Positions 47,666 to 58,670 are shown, counted from the stretch's first letter. The stretch: 64,000 nucleotides of DNA from an uncultured delta proteobacterium (GCA_963778115.1 CAVZSV010000004.1:320001-384000), one strand, 5' to 3'. Program-made: numbers and translations. Notes: generated by a model from the sequence alone, not told the origin.

Positions 47666-48052
47666 AAAATGCCCCCAAGCTATGTTTTTTTTAAACCTAG
47701 ATGACTTCTGCCCCCGAAGCGTCTTTCGTCCAACCTTCCCGGACCGAAGCGATCATCCATGGTTCTGGCACGGTTGCGGGCGACCTGTAATGGTTATCCG
47801 CGTTAGCCCAATACCGAGGGGCTCCCCGGGGATTCGGCTAACGGACCAAGGGTAAAAGGATCCCAAAAAAATGGCCAAAAGGGGGTAACGCTCCCGGGCA
47901 AGTCTAAGACCCACGTGAAAACAACACTTCCCCTTCCCCCAAATCCCCTGAAAGTTAGAAATAAAGTAGACACTTAGCCCTGCTTTAGCTAGAAATGTGA
48001 AACTGTTCCCAAAGGGCTTACTCGTGGTTATTAGGCCGGAACACAAGTTTTT

Positions 48053-48125
48053 GCCCATGTAGCTCAGTCGGTAGAGCACGTCCTTGGTAAGGACGAGGTC
48101 ACGGGTTCAAATCCCGTCGTGGGCT
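48053..48125 (+). tRNA. tRNA-Thr (anticodon GGT), CCA not encoded
   Basis: GCCCATGTAGCTCAGTCGGTAGAGCACGTCCTTGGTAAGGACGAGGTCACGGGTTCAAATCCCGTCGTGGGCT; canonical position before tuf. Confidence 0.97.
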
Positions 48126-48198
48126 AATTGAAAGTCAGGTTTTCAGTCAGGCAGAAGGCATAAGACAGGTTAGAGACCAGTTCGGTTAAGGAGATCAA

Positions 48199-49389
48199 AT
48201 GTCGAAAGCAAAATTTGAGCGAACAAAACCCCATGTGAACGTAGGCACCATCGGTCACGTCGATCATGGCAAGACGACCCTCACTGCGGCTATCACCCAC
48301 GTCTTGGCAAAGAAGGGCTGGGCGGAAGCGAAGCGATACGATCAGATCGACAACGCTCCTGAAGAGAAAGAGCGCGGAATCACGATTGCGACTTCGCATC
48401 AGGAATACCAGAGTGAAAAGCGCCATTACGCGCATGTCGACTGTCCCGGCCACGCTGACTATGTGAAGAACATGATTACGGGTGCGGCCCAGATGGACGG
48501 CGCTATTTTGGTAGTGTCCGCTGCTGACGGTCCGATGCCTCAGACCCGAGAGCATATTTTGTTAGCCCGTCAGGTAGGAGTTCCCGCCATGGTGGTCTAC
48601 TTGAACAAAGTAGACATGGTGGATGACAAAGAGTTGTTAGATTTGGTGGAGCTCGAAGTTCGGGAATTGCTATCGAAGTACAAATTCCCCGGCGACGAGA
48701 TTCCGATTATTAAAGGAAGTGCCTTAAAGGCGTTGGAAGGCGATACGGGAGAGTTGGGCGAGCAGTCTATCTTTAAGCTAGTGGAGGCTTTAGATAGCTA
48801 CATTCCGCTTCCGGCACGTTCCAAAGACAAGCCGTTTCTCATGGCGATTGAAGACGTGTTCAGTATCCAAGGTCGCGGCACGGTAGTGACCGGCCGTATT
48901 GAGCGCGGAATCATCAAAGTGAACGACGAAATCGAGATCGTGGGAATTAAGCCCACGAAGAAGACGGTCGTCACAGGTGTGGAAATGTTCCGTAAGCTTC
49001 TCGATCAAGGAGAAGCGGGAGATAACGTAGGTATTTTGTTACGCGGTATCGATAAAGAAGATGTCGAGCGCGGACAGGTATTAGCGGCTGCGGGAACCGT
49101 GACCCCACACAAAAAGGCCAAGACGGAAGCTTATATTTTGACGAAGGAAGAGGGCGGCCGGCATACCCCGTTTTTCACGGGATATCGTCCGCAGTTTTAC
49201 TTCCGAACGACGGACGTAACGGGAGTTGCCACTTTACCTAAAGGGGTAGAGATGGTGATGCCCGGTGATAACGTCCAGTTGGAAATTGAGTTGATTACCC
49301 CCATCGCCATGGAAAAAGAGGTCCGGTTTGCTATCCGTGAAGGCGGCCGAACGGTGGGTGCAGGAGTTATTACGGAGATAGTGGAGTAA
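48199..49389 (+). CDS. tuf: Elongation factor Tu
   Basis: [46 protein letters not shown]. Confidence 0.99.
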   Translation: MSKAKFERTKPHVNVGTIGHVDHGKTTLTAAITHVLAKKGWAEAKRYDQIDNAPEEKERGITIATSHQEYQSEKRHYAHVDCPGHADYVKNMITGAAQMDGAILVVSAADGPMPQTREHILLARQVGVPAMVVYLNKVDMVDDKELLDLVELEVRELLSKYKFPGDEIPIIKGSALKALEGDTGELGEQSIFKLVEALDSYIPLPARSKDKPFLMAIEDVFSIQGRGTVVTGRIERGIIKVNDEIEIVGIKPTKKTVVTGVEMFRKLLDQGEAGDNVGILLRGIDKEDVERGQVLAAAGTVTPHKKAKTEAYILTKEEGGRHTPFFTGYRPQFYFRTTDVTGVATLPKGVEMVMPGDNVQLEIELITPIAMEKEVRFAIREGGRTVGAGVITEIVE

Positions 49390-49391
49390 AA

Positions 49392-49541
49392 ATGCAGACG
49401 ATCATTAATATGGAATGTACCGAGTGCCGGCGACGTAACTACGCAACCACCAAGAATAAGAGCAAGCACTCCGAAAGAATTGAAATCGCAAAGTACTGCC
49501 GACATTGCCGTCGCCACACCAAACACAAAGAAGTGAAATAA
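49392..49541 (+). CDS. rpmG: 50S ribosomal protein L33 (Zn-binding C+ form); not in the ORF track
   Basis: MQTIINMECTECRRRNYATTKNKSKHSERIEIAKYCRHCRRHTKHKEVK*, directly after tuf. Confidence 0.97.
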   Translation: MQTIINMECTECRRRNYATTKNKSKHSERIEIAKYCRHCRRHTKHKEVK

Positions 49542-49574
49542 CGCTTCTTGAAGCATGGTATGACTCCGGCCCCT

Positions 49575-49647
49575 AGGGCAGTAGCTCCAACGGTAGAGCA
49601 ACGGATTCCAAATCCGTGGGTTGTGGGTTCAAATCCCTCCTGCCCTG
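49575..49647 (+). tRNA. tRNA-Trp (anticodon CCA), 3' CCA not encoded
   Basis: AGGGCAGTAGCTCCAACGGTAGAGCAACGGATTCCAAATCCGTGGGTTGTGGGTTCAAATCCCTCCTGCCCTG; one T-stem mismatch. Confidence 0.95.
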
Positions 49648-49899
49648 TTCGTTTCGCCTGCGGCGAAATGAAAATTAATTATTAAGATTAATCTTAACTC
49701 TGCTTTTTACCAAAGACCCACCAGAGAACCACGAAGAACCCTACTTCCCCCAAAAACAAAGTGCTACTCGCTTCCCATTAATTTGCCACCTATTCCAGAT
49801 GAATTGGAGACCCTTGGCAAGAGTAACCACAAATCTCAAGATTAATCGTAAGCCACTACGGTAAAGGTAGCTTTACTAAAATCTAGCTTTACACGGAGA

Positions 49900-51072
49900 T
49901 TAACCGTCACTTCGCTGACACACAGCCTCTTCCGATACTTTCGTAACACCAAACGAAACGGCCTGAACCTTCTTCTTAACGCAAAATAAACCGTCGAGAC
50001 AGGGGTGAGCTTGGCAACTACGTCCCAGTGTCGCTCTTTGCATGCAATCGCGATAAACGGCTTGTTTCCCCGACGGATTTTTCTCCGTACGGATCGCACA
50101 AGCCCCTACGGTTCCCCACATGGTCATTCCTCGATCACAATCCGAACTCACTTGGCAGCTCGCCCGACCGGCCCCTAGCTTATAGGCCATCTGCTCCGCC
50201 ATGCTATTGGCCTCTTTCATGAAATCATCCATCCGTTTTCCTTCGACTCCCCCCTCGGTACAGCGTCGGCACTGCTCCGTCAGGTCGTCCATTTTTGCGG
50301 GTGTGGGAACCTTATTCGCATCCCTTTGCAAGGTAACCCGGAAAGAGCATTTTTTCCCGTCCTCTCCTCTAGTAAACAGCTTTCCCCGCTTGGTCGTTTG
50401 AGACCCACCAGTTCCCATGAAGCTAACTCCTTCATAGTGACTGGTCAGAACTTCCACGGATGCCGTGAGATTGCAGGAAAAAAAACCGTTCGTTACGACT
50501 TTGTCGCCTAAGCAGACCGGACCATTGTTCTCGGGCTCGGAACTGACAAAAAGGACATCCATCTTTCGATTCTGTTCAGTGTCGACCGAGAACTTAACCC
50601 CTCCTTCGACAATTCCGGCGGAACCTACATTTACGTGAGCCGCCGTTTGATACGACTTGGAATCCTGCACTAAGCAGTAGTCGGCTCCTTGGGTTTGCAC
50701 CCCGGTTCCCGTCGGAAGACGCTCAAACTTTTTCGACATTGGATTAGACAACTGTCTAGACTTCGGCCTATTGGCATTGCTAATCATCTGCTCTCGAACC
50801 GCCGTTACGTTTACCCTATCCATTCCGGGAAGTAGCTCAAAGGAAGGGGCCGCATCGGAATCTTGGGAACGTCCAGTGACATTGGTCTTAGCGTGAGGAC
50901 CGACCTTTTTTAGAGGAAGGGTTTCCAGTCTAATACCCGGAGCACTTCCATCGGAAGTAGGAAGGTCTAATTTACGACTATTAGGCTCGTCTGCTTCATC
51001 GGATAATGCCGTCGCACAACAGAGGATTAGTACGCCAAGTAAAGCGATAGACCGAAAACGGTTTGCCAACAT
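49900..51072 (-). CDS. Secreted Cys-rich hypothetical protein
   Basis: GAGGA SD; signal peptide; central beta-rich region; C-terminal CQVSSDC...LGRSCQAHPCLDGLFC. Confidence 0.8.
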   Translation of the reverse strand: MLANRFRSIALLGVLILCCATALSDEADEPNSRKLDLPTSDGSAPGIRLETLPLKKVGPHAKTNVTGRSQDSDAAPSFELLPGMDRVNVTAVREQMISNANRPKSRQLSNPMSKKFERLPTGTGVQTQGADYCLVQDSKSYQTAAHVNVGSAGIVEGGVKFSVDTEQNRKMDVLFVSSEPENNGPVCLGDKVVTNGFFSCNLTASVEVLTSHYEGVSFMGTGGSQTTKRGKLFTRGEDGKKCSFRVTLQRDANKVPTPAKMDDLTEQCRRCTEGGVEGKRMDDFMKEANSMAEQMAYKLGAGRASCQVSSDCDRGMTMWGTVGACAIRTEKNPSGKQAVYRDCMQRATLGRSCQAHPCLDGLFCVKKKVQAVSFGVTKVSEEAVCQRSDG

Positions 51073-51215
51073 AGATTTCCTCGTCAGTGGGTTAGAGAAT
51101 ATTCATTATAGTTCTTATTCCGGCATAAATCAGCCGAATGACGTGGAGAACGAGGGTGTAACCTATCTAGCAGTGCATTAAAACGGACAGCGAAATTTGC
51201 TTACCAACTTGAGAT

Positions 51216-51968
51216 TTATTTTACCAAGGTTTGCACAGTGATACGAGAACCCAGGGCCTTAAGAACTAAGTCCATGGTAATGGGATGTGTTTGCTCCTCG
51301 GCCTTAAGTTCTTTCCTCTCAGCCTCATCTGCACCATAGAGTTTTTTCATGAAGTAACCACAATAAAGCGAGGCCGAGGTTGTATCTTCGAGCTCAATGG
51401 ACTTCTGCTGATAGATCAAGGTACGATCGCGTATTCCGTCAGGGATTCTGCCCAACGAGAAACCGGATTCGATACTTATGATTCTATCTTTTTCCAAAGT
51501 AGTGCTCTTCGAGTATTCCGCCTTTACTTTGACATAATCGATGTCCTTAAAAGCGGTATTCGCGGGATATGGCGGATATCGTTTTTGCCCGATCGCGCAG
51601 AAGACTTTATAAGGCTGCTTTGCCACTGAATTAATGTCGTAGCTCACGTCCCCATCGATAAAGATAGCTTGGTGAGAAAAACGGACGTCTTCCGAAGAAC
51701 GTTCATTAGTTGCTAGCTTAAACCGGACTGTAATGGCGAAAGCACCGCTAGCATCCGCGTTGGTCAACTTAAGCTCAATGGGTTCGTGAACAATCATTCG
51801 GCTCTCAGAGGGAATAAACAAAAAAGGAAGGGATGGGTTTTGGATTGCCTCCCATTTTGCTTCCAGGGAAGCGTCAGGTTCGGGGAAACTCATATTTTCG
51901 GCGGCCCGCTTTTCACCGCAGCCAATAAGAACGATCAAAAAAAGAAGACCGAGTCCTAACGTCCTCAC
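51216..51968 (-). CDS. Hypothetical lipoprotein
   Basis: GGGAG SD, GTG start, lipobox VLIGC. Confidence 0.75.
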   Translation of the reverse strand: MRTLGLGLLFLIVLIGCGEKRAAENMSFPEPDASLEAKWEAIQNPSLPFLFIPSESRMIVHEPIELKLTNADASGAFAITVRFKLATNERSSEDVRFSHQAIFIDGDVSYDINSVAKQPYKVFCAIGQKRYPPYPANTAFKDIDYVKVKAEYSKSTTLEKDRIISIESGFSLGRIPDGIRDRTLIYQQKSIELEDTTSASLYCGYFMKKLYGADEAERKELKAEEQTHPITMDLVLKALGSRITVQTLVK

Positions 51969-52069
51969 CGCTTAACTCCCTGTAAGAAAAGGAGCAGATT
52001 ATAACGTTATGCAGATCTCAATTCAAGAGACGATATTTGTCACTCTGGTGAAGAGTAAGCTAAGAAAGA

Positions 52070-53764
52070 TTATTCTCGGAAAAAGCCAGCGTTTCGGAAC
52101 TGTTTTACAAACCAGTAGCCGTCAGTAGGCAATAGTATGGGGGTATCCTTTGGTGCAGGACATGGAGTAAATCCAGCATTCGTGAACATGGTCGAACTCT
52201 GAAGTTTGTCAGACGTTTCGGCGTAGATCTTAGTATATCCAGTATCAGCGGCGAATCGTAAGACCCCGTCCAGAATAGACTCCCCTAACCCCACATTACG
52301 ATAACGACCTTCGAGGTAAACTTTTCGGATTTCGGCCGATTGATTGCCGAGCGGGGCAAGGGCTATGGAGCCTCGAATCTTGCCCTGTTTATCGCAAAAC
52401 ATAACTAGCCAACCGCCCTTACTCTGATATTCCCTTTCAATATCCTCAAAGTCGCGGTCTAGGCCTTCACCGATGACCAATCCCACACTTGCTCTTTGGG
52501 CCGTTACAAAGGCTTCTATGGCATTACTATCGGAGTTCACAGCGACTTTAACATGTAGTTCGTCGGGTAGATGACGCCTTATCTCGTCTTCGAGTCGATG
52601 GACGAGTTGCTCCGCTTTCAAACTAGGGGGACCGGTTCGCCCCTCCGAAAAGGCCTCCGCTTTTCTTTCGCTCTGCCACGGCTTTTCAAAAATTTGCATA
52701 TTGGCGATGCCGTAATAAACGGGAACCGCATCGCCTATCGGAACAAGCCCCACTTTTTCGCCTAACGTTCGCTGCTGTCCCTCAGTCAGAAAATCGGTCT
52801 GCAGTAAATTATGCATGTTCATCGCGGTAAGCATAGCCACATCAAGGGCAGTAAGTTCGTCATTATTCTGAAAGGCATTACGCAGGATAGTTCTAAGTAG
52901 AGAAATTGCATTTCTCGACGTTCCGGCATTGGGAACCGGATCAATCAGAACTAGGCGCCCACCGGGATTAATTCGATCGGCGATAATTCTTAGCGCTTGC
53001 TCTCGCTGCTGTGTCGGAATGGTAAACAGCGTGAGAACGACGGAAATTCCATCAAACCTTTGCCCGTCGAGCAACATCGGATCCGTGGCACTTCCTCTGA
53101 CCAATCCAAATCTTCCATAGTCTTGCCCCTTCGGTCCCGGTTGCAGCTCCTGGACTTTGTCGACTATAGAATTGATGACGGACATGCTACGACTGAGACT
53201 TCCTCCGGCTATGTCCAAGCCCCAAAGAAACGCCTTTGGATTATTGGCTATATTGGCGGCAAGAAGATTTCCGTTGCCGATCCCAACATCCATTAGCCTG
53301 GGATAGCTGCCCCCCAACAGAGCTGCTTTGGGGAGATTCGCCACCGCTTCCTGGATCATGGCCCTATGCCCGTCAGAGTGGGTCGCGACCGCATGGAAAC
53401 CAGTCATGAGATAAAGTGCCCAGCGCTGGGGGCTGCTTAAGGAGTTTAGGATTTGGTTCAGCGGAAGGTAGTACTCGGGAAGAAAGGCAAAGTGATCAAA
53501 AAGGTCCAAGACTTCAGCTTCGCTTTGGACCTTGTGAAACGGGTCAACTTTTAGCTGCCTTTCGATGGTTTGCAAACCTTGATGCCCAACCAGACACATG
53601 ACTTCGCTGATTCTACGCTGTCTATCCTCGCAGGCTATCTGATCGATCGCTTCCTTAGGAAGAAGTTGCGACATATTAGAGCAAAGAAAGGGCAAACAAT
53701 GACGACCCATCACGGGCTTCGCTGTGGTCAAACCCTGCATCAACTTGTGAACGACGTCCGGCAA
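52070..53764 (-). CDS. Class I SAM-methyltransferase / GNAT acetyltransferase fusion
   Basis: LMDVGIGNG, GLDI, INPGGRLVLID (methyltransferase); AEIRKVYL...YRNVGLG...GYTKIYAET (GNAT). Confidence 0.8.
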   Translation of the reverse strand: MPDVVHKLMQGLTTAKPVMGRHCLPFLCSNMSQLLPKEAIDQIACEDRQRRISEVMCLVGHQGLQTIERQLKVDPFHKVQSEAEVLDLFDHFAFLPEYYLPLNQILNSLSSPQRWALYLMTGFHAVATHSDGHRAMIQEAVANLPKAALLGGSYPRLMDVGIGNGNLLAANIANNPKAFLWGLDIAGGSLSRSMSVINSIVDKVQELQPGPKGQDYGRFGLVRGSATDPMLLDGQRFDGISVVLTLFTIPTQQREQALRIIADRINPGGRLVLIDPVPNAGTSRNAISLLRTILRNAFQNNDELTALDVAMLTAMNMHNLLQTDFLTEGQQRTLGEKVGLVPIGDAVPVYYGIANMQIFEKPWQSERKAEAFSEGRTGPPSLKAEQLVHRLEDEIRRHLPDELHVKVAVNSDSNAIEAFVTAQRASVGLVIGEGLDRDFEDIEREYQSKGGWLVMFCDKQGKIRGSIALAPLGNQSAEIRKVYLEGRYRNVGLGESILDGVLRFAADTGYTKIYAETSDKLQSSTMFTNAGFTPCPAPKDTPILLPTDGYWFVKQFRNAGFFRE

Positions 53765-53964
53765 AGATCCCCCGCTGGCTATATGCCGAAGATGGCAGAC
53801 TGCAATACTTGATCCACGAGGCTAAGGCGCGGCCGCTTCATCAGAGGCGTACAAGAATCAGACAGTGCAACAATTTTCGGCCAGCAAAGACCGACTAATA
53901 AGTCTTGCTGCACAAAAACTGCGGATTGAACAAAGCGGAAAGGAAGTAGATACCCTTTCTTGGG

Positions 53965-54726
53965 CTAATTCTTCAATCGATATCCCGTCCTGAAAATCAT
54001 CGCGATGCAACCCATACACGCAATCATAAAAACCAGTGTCATGGTGAGGCTAATCCCAACTTCTATATCGGCCGTGCTATGAAAGCTCCAGCGAAAGCCG
54101 CTGACTAGATAAACCACCGGATTAAATAAGGTCACCTTCTGCCAAAAAGGCGGCAGCATATTAATGGAGTAAAAGCTCCCACCTAAAAACGTAAGTGGGG
54201 TAATTACCATTAAAGGAATGATCTGCAACTTGTCGAACCCATCCGCCCAGACGCCGATGATAAAGCCGAACATGCTAAAAGTTACCGACGTCAGCACCAG
54301 AAAAACGACCATCCAAAATGGATTATCGACAGTATAGGGAACAAATAATCGAGCCGTTATTAAGATAACCGCTCCGATGATAATTGACTTTGAGGCCGCC
54401 GCCCCCACATAGCCGATGACTATCTCCACCGAAGAGATCGGGGCGGAAAGAATTTCGTAAATCGTCCCTACAAATCGAGGCATGTAGATTCCAAAAGAGG
54501 CGTTGGAAACGCTTTGACTTAAGATTGAAAGCATCGTGAGCCCGGGAACGATGAATGCGCCGTAAGAGACTCCATTGATATCCGCCATGTGAGATCCGAT
54601 GGCGGATCCAAAAACCACAAAATAAAGGGCGGTCGATACCACGGGAGAGATCAAACTCTGAATAGAGCTCCGAAAAAATCTTTTCATCTCCTGCAGGTAT
54701 AGCGCACGAATCGCGTAAATATTCAT
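53965..54726 (-). CDS. ABC-2 type exporter permease (YadH-like)
   Basis: [42 protein letters not shown]. Confidence 0.93.
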   Translation of the reverse strand: MNIYAIRALYLQEMKRFFRSSIQSLISPVVSTALYFVVFGSAIGSHMADINGVSYGAFIVPGLTMLSILSQSVSNASFGIYMPRFVGTIYEILSAPISSVEIVIGYVGAAASKSIIIGAVILITARLFVPYTVDNPFWMVVFLVLTSVTFSMFGFIIGVWADGFDKLQIIPLMVITPLTFLGGSFYSINMLPPFWQKVTLFNPVVYLVSGFRWSFHSTADIEVGISLTMTLVFMIACMGCIAMIFRTGYRLKN

Positions 54727-55676
54727 ACGTCTCCCCCGACCAAACCTACAAAAATCTCTTCCAGAGAGCTCTCCGTTGTATTTAGGTCATTGAAAGTGAC
54801 TCCACTCTCCAAAACTCTTTTCATAAGATCGTTAAGATTAGAATTCTTAGATCTCGTATCAAAGATGTGTATCAGCTGCATTCCGTCTTCTGACAGGGTG
54901 AGATGGTCGCTCGTGAGTGCTACAGGGATTTGCGTAAGTCTCTTACTTAGGTTAAACGTCAGTTGCTTCTTCCCCAGTTTCCGCAGTAGTTCCGCTTTTT
55001 CTTCAACGACGATAAGTTTCCCTTTATGAATAACCCCGATGCGATCCGCCATTTCTTCCGCTTCTTCAATGTAATGGGTCGTCAAAATAATCGTAACCCC
55101 GCTCGTTCTTAGTTCATGAACGAGCTGCCACATATCTCGGCGCAGAGAGACGTCAACCCCGGCGGTGGGTTCGTCCAGGAACAGAACGATAGGTTCGTGG
55201 ACTAAAGCTTTGGCTATCATCACCCGGCGTTTCATCCCGCCGGACAGCGTTCTAATACGCGAGTCTTTCTTATCCCAGAGCGATAGATCTTTGAGAACGC
55301 GTTCTACGAATGACGCATTGGAAGCCATTCCAAAAAGTCCGCGACTTAGCGATACGGTATCCCAGACCGTTTCAAAGGCGTCGGTGCTCAACTCCTGAGG
55401 AACGAGACCAATTTTTTTTCGAGCCAATCGGTAGTCTTTGATGATGTCATGACCATCCACGTTCACTTTGCCTGAACTCGGATTTACTACACCACAGATA
55501 ATACTTATGAGGGTTGTTTTCCCGGCGCCATTGGGGCCAAGTAGCGCAAAAATTTCCCCTCGACGCACGCGTAAATTAATATCATCCAGCGCTTTAAAGC
55601 CTGTCTGGTAAGTCTTATAGAGGCCGTCGATCGCTATCATAGTGTCGGAATTTACGTCCATTTGAGCTGCCCTCAA
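54723..55676 (-). CDS. ABC transporter ATP-binding protein (YadG-like)
   Basis: [36 protein letters not shown]. Confidence 0.95.
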   Translation of the reverse strand: MRAAQMDVNSDTMIAIDGLYKTYQTGFKALDDINLRVRRGEIFALLGPNGAGKTTLISIICGVVNPSSGKVNVDGHDIIKDYRLARKKIGLVPQELSTDAFETVWDTVSLSRGLFGMASNASFVERVLKDLSLWDKKDSRIRTLSGGMKRRVMIAKALVHEPIVLFLDEPTAGVDVSLRRDMWQLVHELRTSGVTIILTTHYIEEAEEMADRIGVIHKGKLIVVEEKAELLRKLGKKQLTFNLSKRLTQIPVALTSDHLTLSEDGMQLIHIFDTRSKNSNLNDLMKRVLESGVTFNDLNTTESSLEEIFVGLVGGDV

Positions 55677-55679
55677 GCT

Positions 55680-58322
55680 TTACCCCGTGTTTCTAAGCCC
55701 TGCAGCGATCCCGTTGACGGTCCTTAGGAAAATATCCAGATACTCCGAATCTTCGGGGGTCTTGCGAAGTTGGGCCAACACTTCTGCCTGTATCAGATGA
55801 ATGGGATCTATATACGGATTTCGCAACTCGATAGATCTCTGAAGGACGGGATTGCCGTCGAGAATATGCGCATGGCAGGTAATACGCGAGATGAGGCTAC
55901 GCACCTGAGCCAGCTCAGCGAAAAGTTTTTCTCCTAAAGGGAGGAGCTCTTTTGCCACCAAGCGATTTTCGTATTGGTGGGCGATCATAGGATCGGTCTT
56001 TGCCACAACCATTTCCAACAGATCAATCGTCGAACTAAAGAACGGCCATTGCTGATACATCGCCTCAAGCCAACCGCATGCGCCCTTGGCTACCGCATGA
56101 GCGATCGCGGGGGCAACTCCGAGCCAAGAGGGAAGAAGCATCCGAGTCTGAGTCCAAGCGAACATCCAAGGAATCGCGCGTAGCGTCTCAATGCCTCCTC
56201 CACTTTTACGTCGTGCGGGTCTGCTACCGATGTTGAGGTAGGAGAGTTCATTAACCGGCGTGAATTCGCGAAAGTATTCTATAAACGAGGCGTCGTCGCG
56301 GATCGTCGATTCGAACGCTTCCATCGAATCGTGGGAAATTTGATCCATAAGGGTGCGCCACTCGGGCAGCGGTTCATGGGGGGGGCGCAATGTACTTTCC
56401 AGAGTTGCTGTCGTAAAGAGTTCTAAAGAACGAGTTCCAATCTCCATAAATCCAAACTTTGTCTGGATCACCTCTCCTTGCACGGTAACCCGAAGTGCTC
56501 CTTGAATGGAGCCCGGTGGCTGAGACGCTATCGCAAGATACGTCGGACCTCCGCCCCGTCCGACGGTTCCTCCCCTTCCGTGAAAGAGTGTTAAATGAAT
56601 GTCCCACTGTTTGGCGACACGAACGAGATTTTCCTGGGCTCGATAAAGCTCCCAAGCCGAAGCTAGCCTTCCGCCATCTTTGGCGGAATCGGAATATCCT
56701 ACCATCACCTCCTGTCTTCGATGAATGCGAGAACGATAGGAGGTAAGCGAAAAGAGGCGCTCCATCACCACATGACTTTGCTGAAGGTAAGCGATCTTTT
56801 CAAATAAGGGGACAACCCGAAGCCTATGGCGACATCCTGTCATGCTAAATAAAAATTCGACCGCAAGAACGTCTGACGCCTCACTTGCCATGGATATGAT
56901 GTAAGCCCCAAAGGAATCCAGCGGTAACGAATCAATTTGGGCAAAGACACCCAGCACGTCATGAAGGCTTGAGTCTTGCAAAAACTCGAGCGGAAAACGA
57001 GAGGGCGAATCAATGTGCGCTTCAAGGAAACTAACCCTTTTTGCTTCATCCCATTCGGAATAGTTGCCGAGGCCGTTCCTATGAGTCCACTGCGAGATGA
57101 CCTCGGAGTGCCTGGCCGCTTCTTGTCTAATGTCTAGGTGTAACAACTCTAGCCCAAAGCAATAGTAGCGGCGAATCAGATCTAGTAATCTTCCTTCAGC
57201 AATCGTTACAGCCCCTGTCTCTCTCAACGATCGATCACAAAGCATTAAAGCTTTTCCAAGTTCAGAGCCATTAGTCATGATCCCAGTGTCATCGAAAGGC
57301 TTCTGGTAAAAGCGGGAGTCGTAATAGTTCATCGTCTTTATCAGACAATCTCTAACCGGTCGTAAGAAAGCCCGGTACGGCTCGTGGGCGTTGCCTACAA
57401 AGGCACGGAGTTCATCACTTGCCGTGGTCATCGAAAGGTCTTCGATTAGATGATCAATCTCTTGGCTAAACAACCGGGCTGCCATCCAACGATTGAGGTA
57501 AACCACTTGACGAGTGATCTCGGGAGTGACATTCGGGTTACCATCCCGATCCCCGCCCATCCAAGAGGCCAGACGAATGGGAGTTCCGTCCACGGGCAAA
57601 TCTCGGCCGGTGTGCTTTTTCAGCGCGTCTGTAAGCCGCCGCAGATACCAAGGCATCGACTGCCAGATGGTCTGCTCGATTACCGTTAGCCCACCCCGTG
57701 CTTCGTCGATAGGATTGGGATGAATCCTTCGAATTTCATCGGTGAGCCAACAAGCGAGGATCTCCCGCTTTAGACTTCTCCCGTTTTCCGCAAGTTCGTT
57801 AACGTCTAGACAGCTGCGGTCCCGCTCATTCAATAGGGACGCAATTTTTTGATACTTCTGAAATAACGTGCGTCGTATCACTTCAGTGGGGTGTGCCGTT
57901 AGGACTAGCTCAATCTCAAGCTCGCAGGTTGCCTTGGCGACCGTTTCAGCCGAAATACCCTGCTTAATTAGACGCCCCAATGCTTCGTCGCAAGAGCCTG
58001 GTTGAGGGAGCGAATTCTCTTGCCTAAGATATTCATGGCTACGACGGATCCGGTGGTACTGCTCCGCGATATTAGTGAAGTTGAGAAAGAAAGAAAAAGC
58101 ACGAGTCAGGTTTTTAAGCTCGGTTTTAGAAAGCGAGGAGAGGATGGTGGCTAGACGCTTATCGTCTTTGGTGCCTTCCAATCTCTTCTTTTTGGCGATA
58201 GCTCTAACCTCCTCTACCGTATCAAAGAGCTTTTTCCCCTCCTGCTCCTTAATCACCTCACCTAGAAGGTTTCCCAGTAAACGAACGTCTTCCCGTAAAG
58301 GCGCATGGACATCACTTGGCAT
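55680..58322 (-). CDS. ppc: Phosphoenolpyruvate carboxylase
   Basis: VLTAHPTE, WMGGDRDGNP, MVGYSDSAKDGG, FHGRGGTVGRGGG, LRAIPW, GLRNTG C-terminus. Confidence 0.98.
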   Translation of the reverse strand: MPSDVHAPLREDVRLLGNLLGEVIKEQEGKKLFDTVEEVRAIAKKKRLEGTKDDKRLATILSSLSKTELKNLTRAFSFFLNFTNIAEQYHRIRRSHEYLRQENSLPQPGSCDEALGRLIKQGISAETVAKATCELEIELVLTAHPTEVIRRTLFQKYQKIASLLNERDRSCLDVNELAENGRSLKREILACWLTDEIRRIHPNPIDEARGGLTVIEQTIWQSMPWYLRRLTDALKKHTGRDLPVDGTPIRLASWMGGDRDGNPNVTPEITRQVVYLNRWMAARLFSQEIDHLIEDLSMTTASDELRAFVGNAHEPYRAFLRPVRDCLIKTMNYYDSRFYQKPFDDTGIMTNGSELGKALMLCDRSLRETGAVTIAEGRLLDLIRRYYCFGLELLHLDIRQEAARHSEVISQWTHRNGLGNYSEWDEAKRVSFLEAHIDSPSRFPLEFLQDSSLHDVLGVFAQIDSLPLDSFGAYIISMASEASDVLAVEFLFSMTGCRHRLRVVPLFEKIAYLQQSHVVMERLFSLTSYRSRIHRRQEVMVGYSDSAKDGGRLASAWELYRAQENLVRVAKQWDIHLTLFHGRGGTVGRGGGPTYLAIASQPPGSIQGALRVTVQGEVIQTKFGFMEIGTRSLELFTTATLESTLRPPHEPLPEWRTLMDQISHDSMEAFESTIRDDASFIEYFREFTPVNELSYLNIGSRPARRKSGGGIETLRAIPWMFAWTQTRMLLPSWLGVAPAIAHAVAKGACGWLEAMYQQWPFFSSTIDLLEMVVAKTDPMIAHQYENRLVAKELLPLGEKLFAELAQVRSLISRITCHAHILDGNPVLQRSIELRNPYIDPIHLIQAEVLAQLRKTPEDSEYLDIFLRTVNGIAAGLRNTG

Positions 58323-58670
58323 AACGCCAAAATATATCCGGGAGGGACGAATTCCAACTCAAAACCTCCTTTAGGGGGGTAAAGCTTCTCGCCCGCAAAG
58401 CCTTAAGGCGTTTTCGGCTCCTGGTACCGAGCAAAAGATCCCGTCTTCAAATTTTCTATAAACTCCTGCGGGACTCCGTGAGGTCTAGCGGCACGCAGAT
58501 ACCTTTCGTATACGTCCCTTCGATCACTGTCGGAACTTTAAATCGCGTAGAGATAAGCAACTCATCATGCTTACTCCCAAGCGATCAATCCTTAGTCTTG
58601 CCTACTCTTGGAGAGCTAGTTTCCCCCGTCTTTGCGCGTATGGTATGAGAGAAATGAGGGGGAGCAACAG

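Noticed and set aside
48124..49601. Minus-strand ORFs over tuf, rpmG and the tRNAs, like most short overlapping ORFs in the track
   Set aside because: Antisense or alternative-frame shadows of well-supported genes, with no SD or recognisable motifs.
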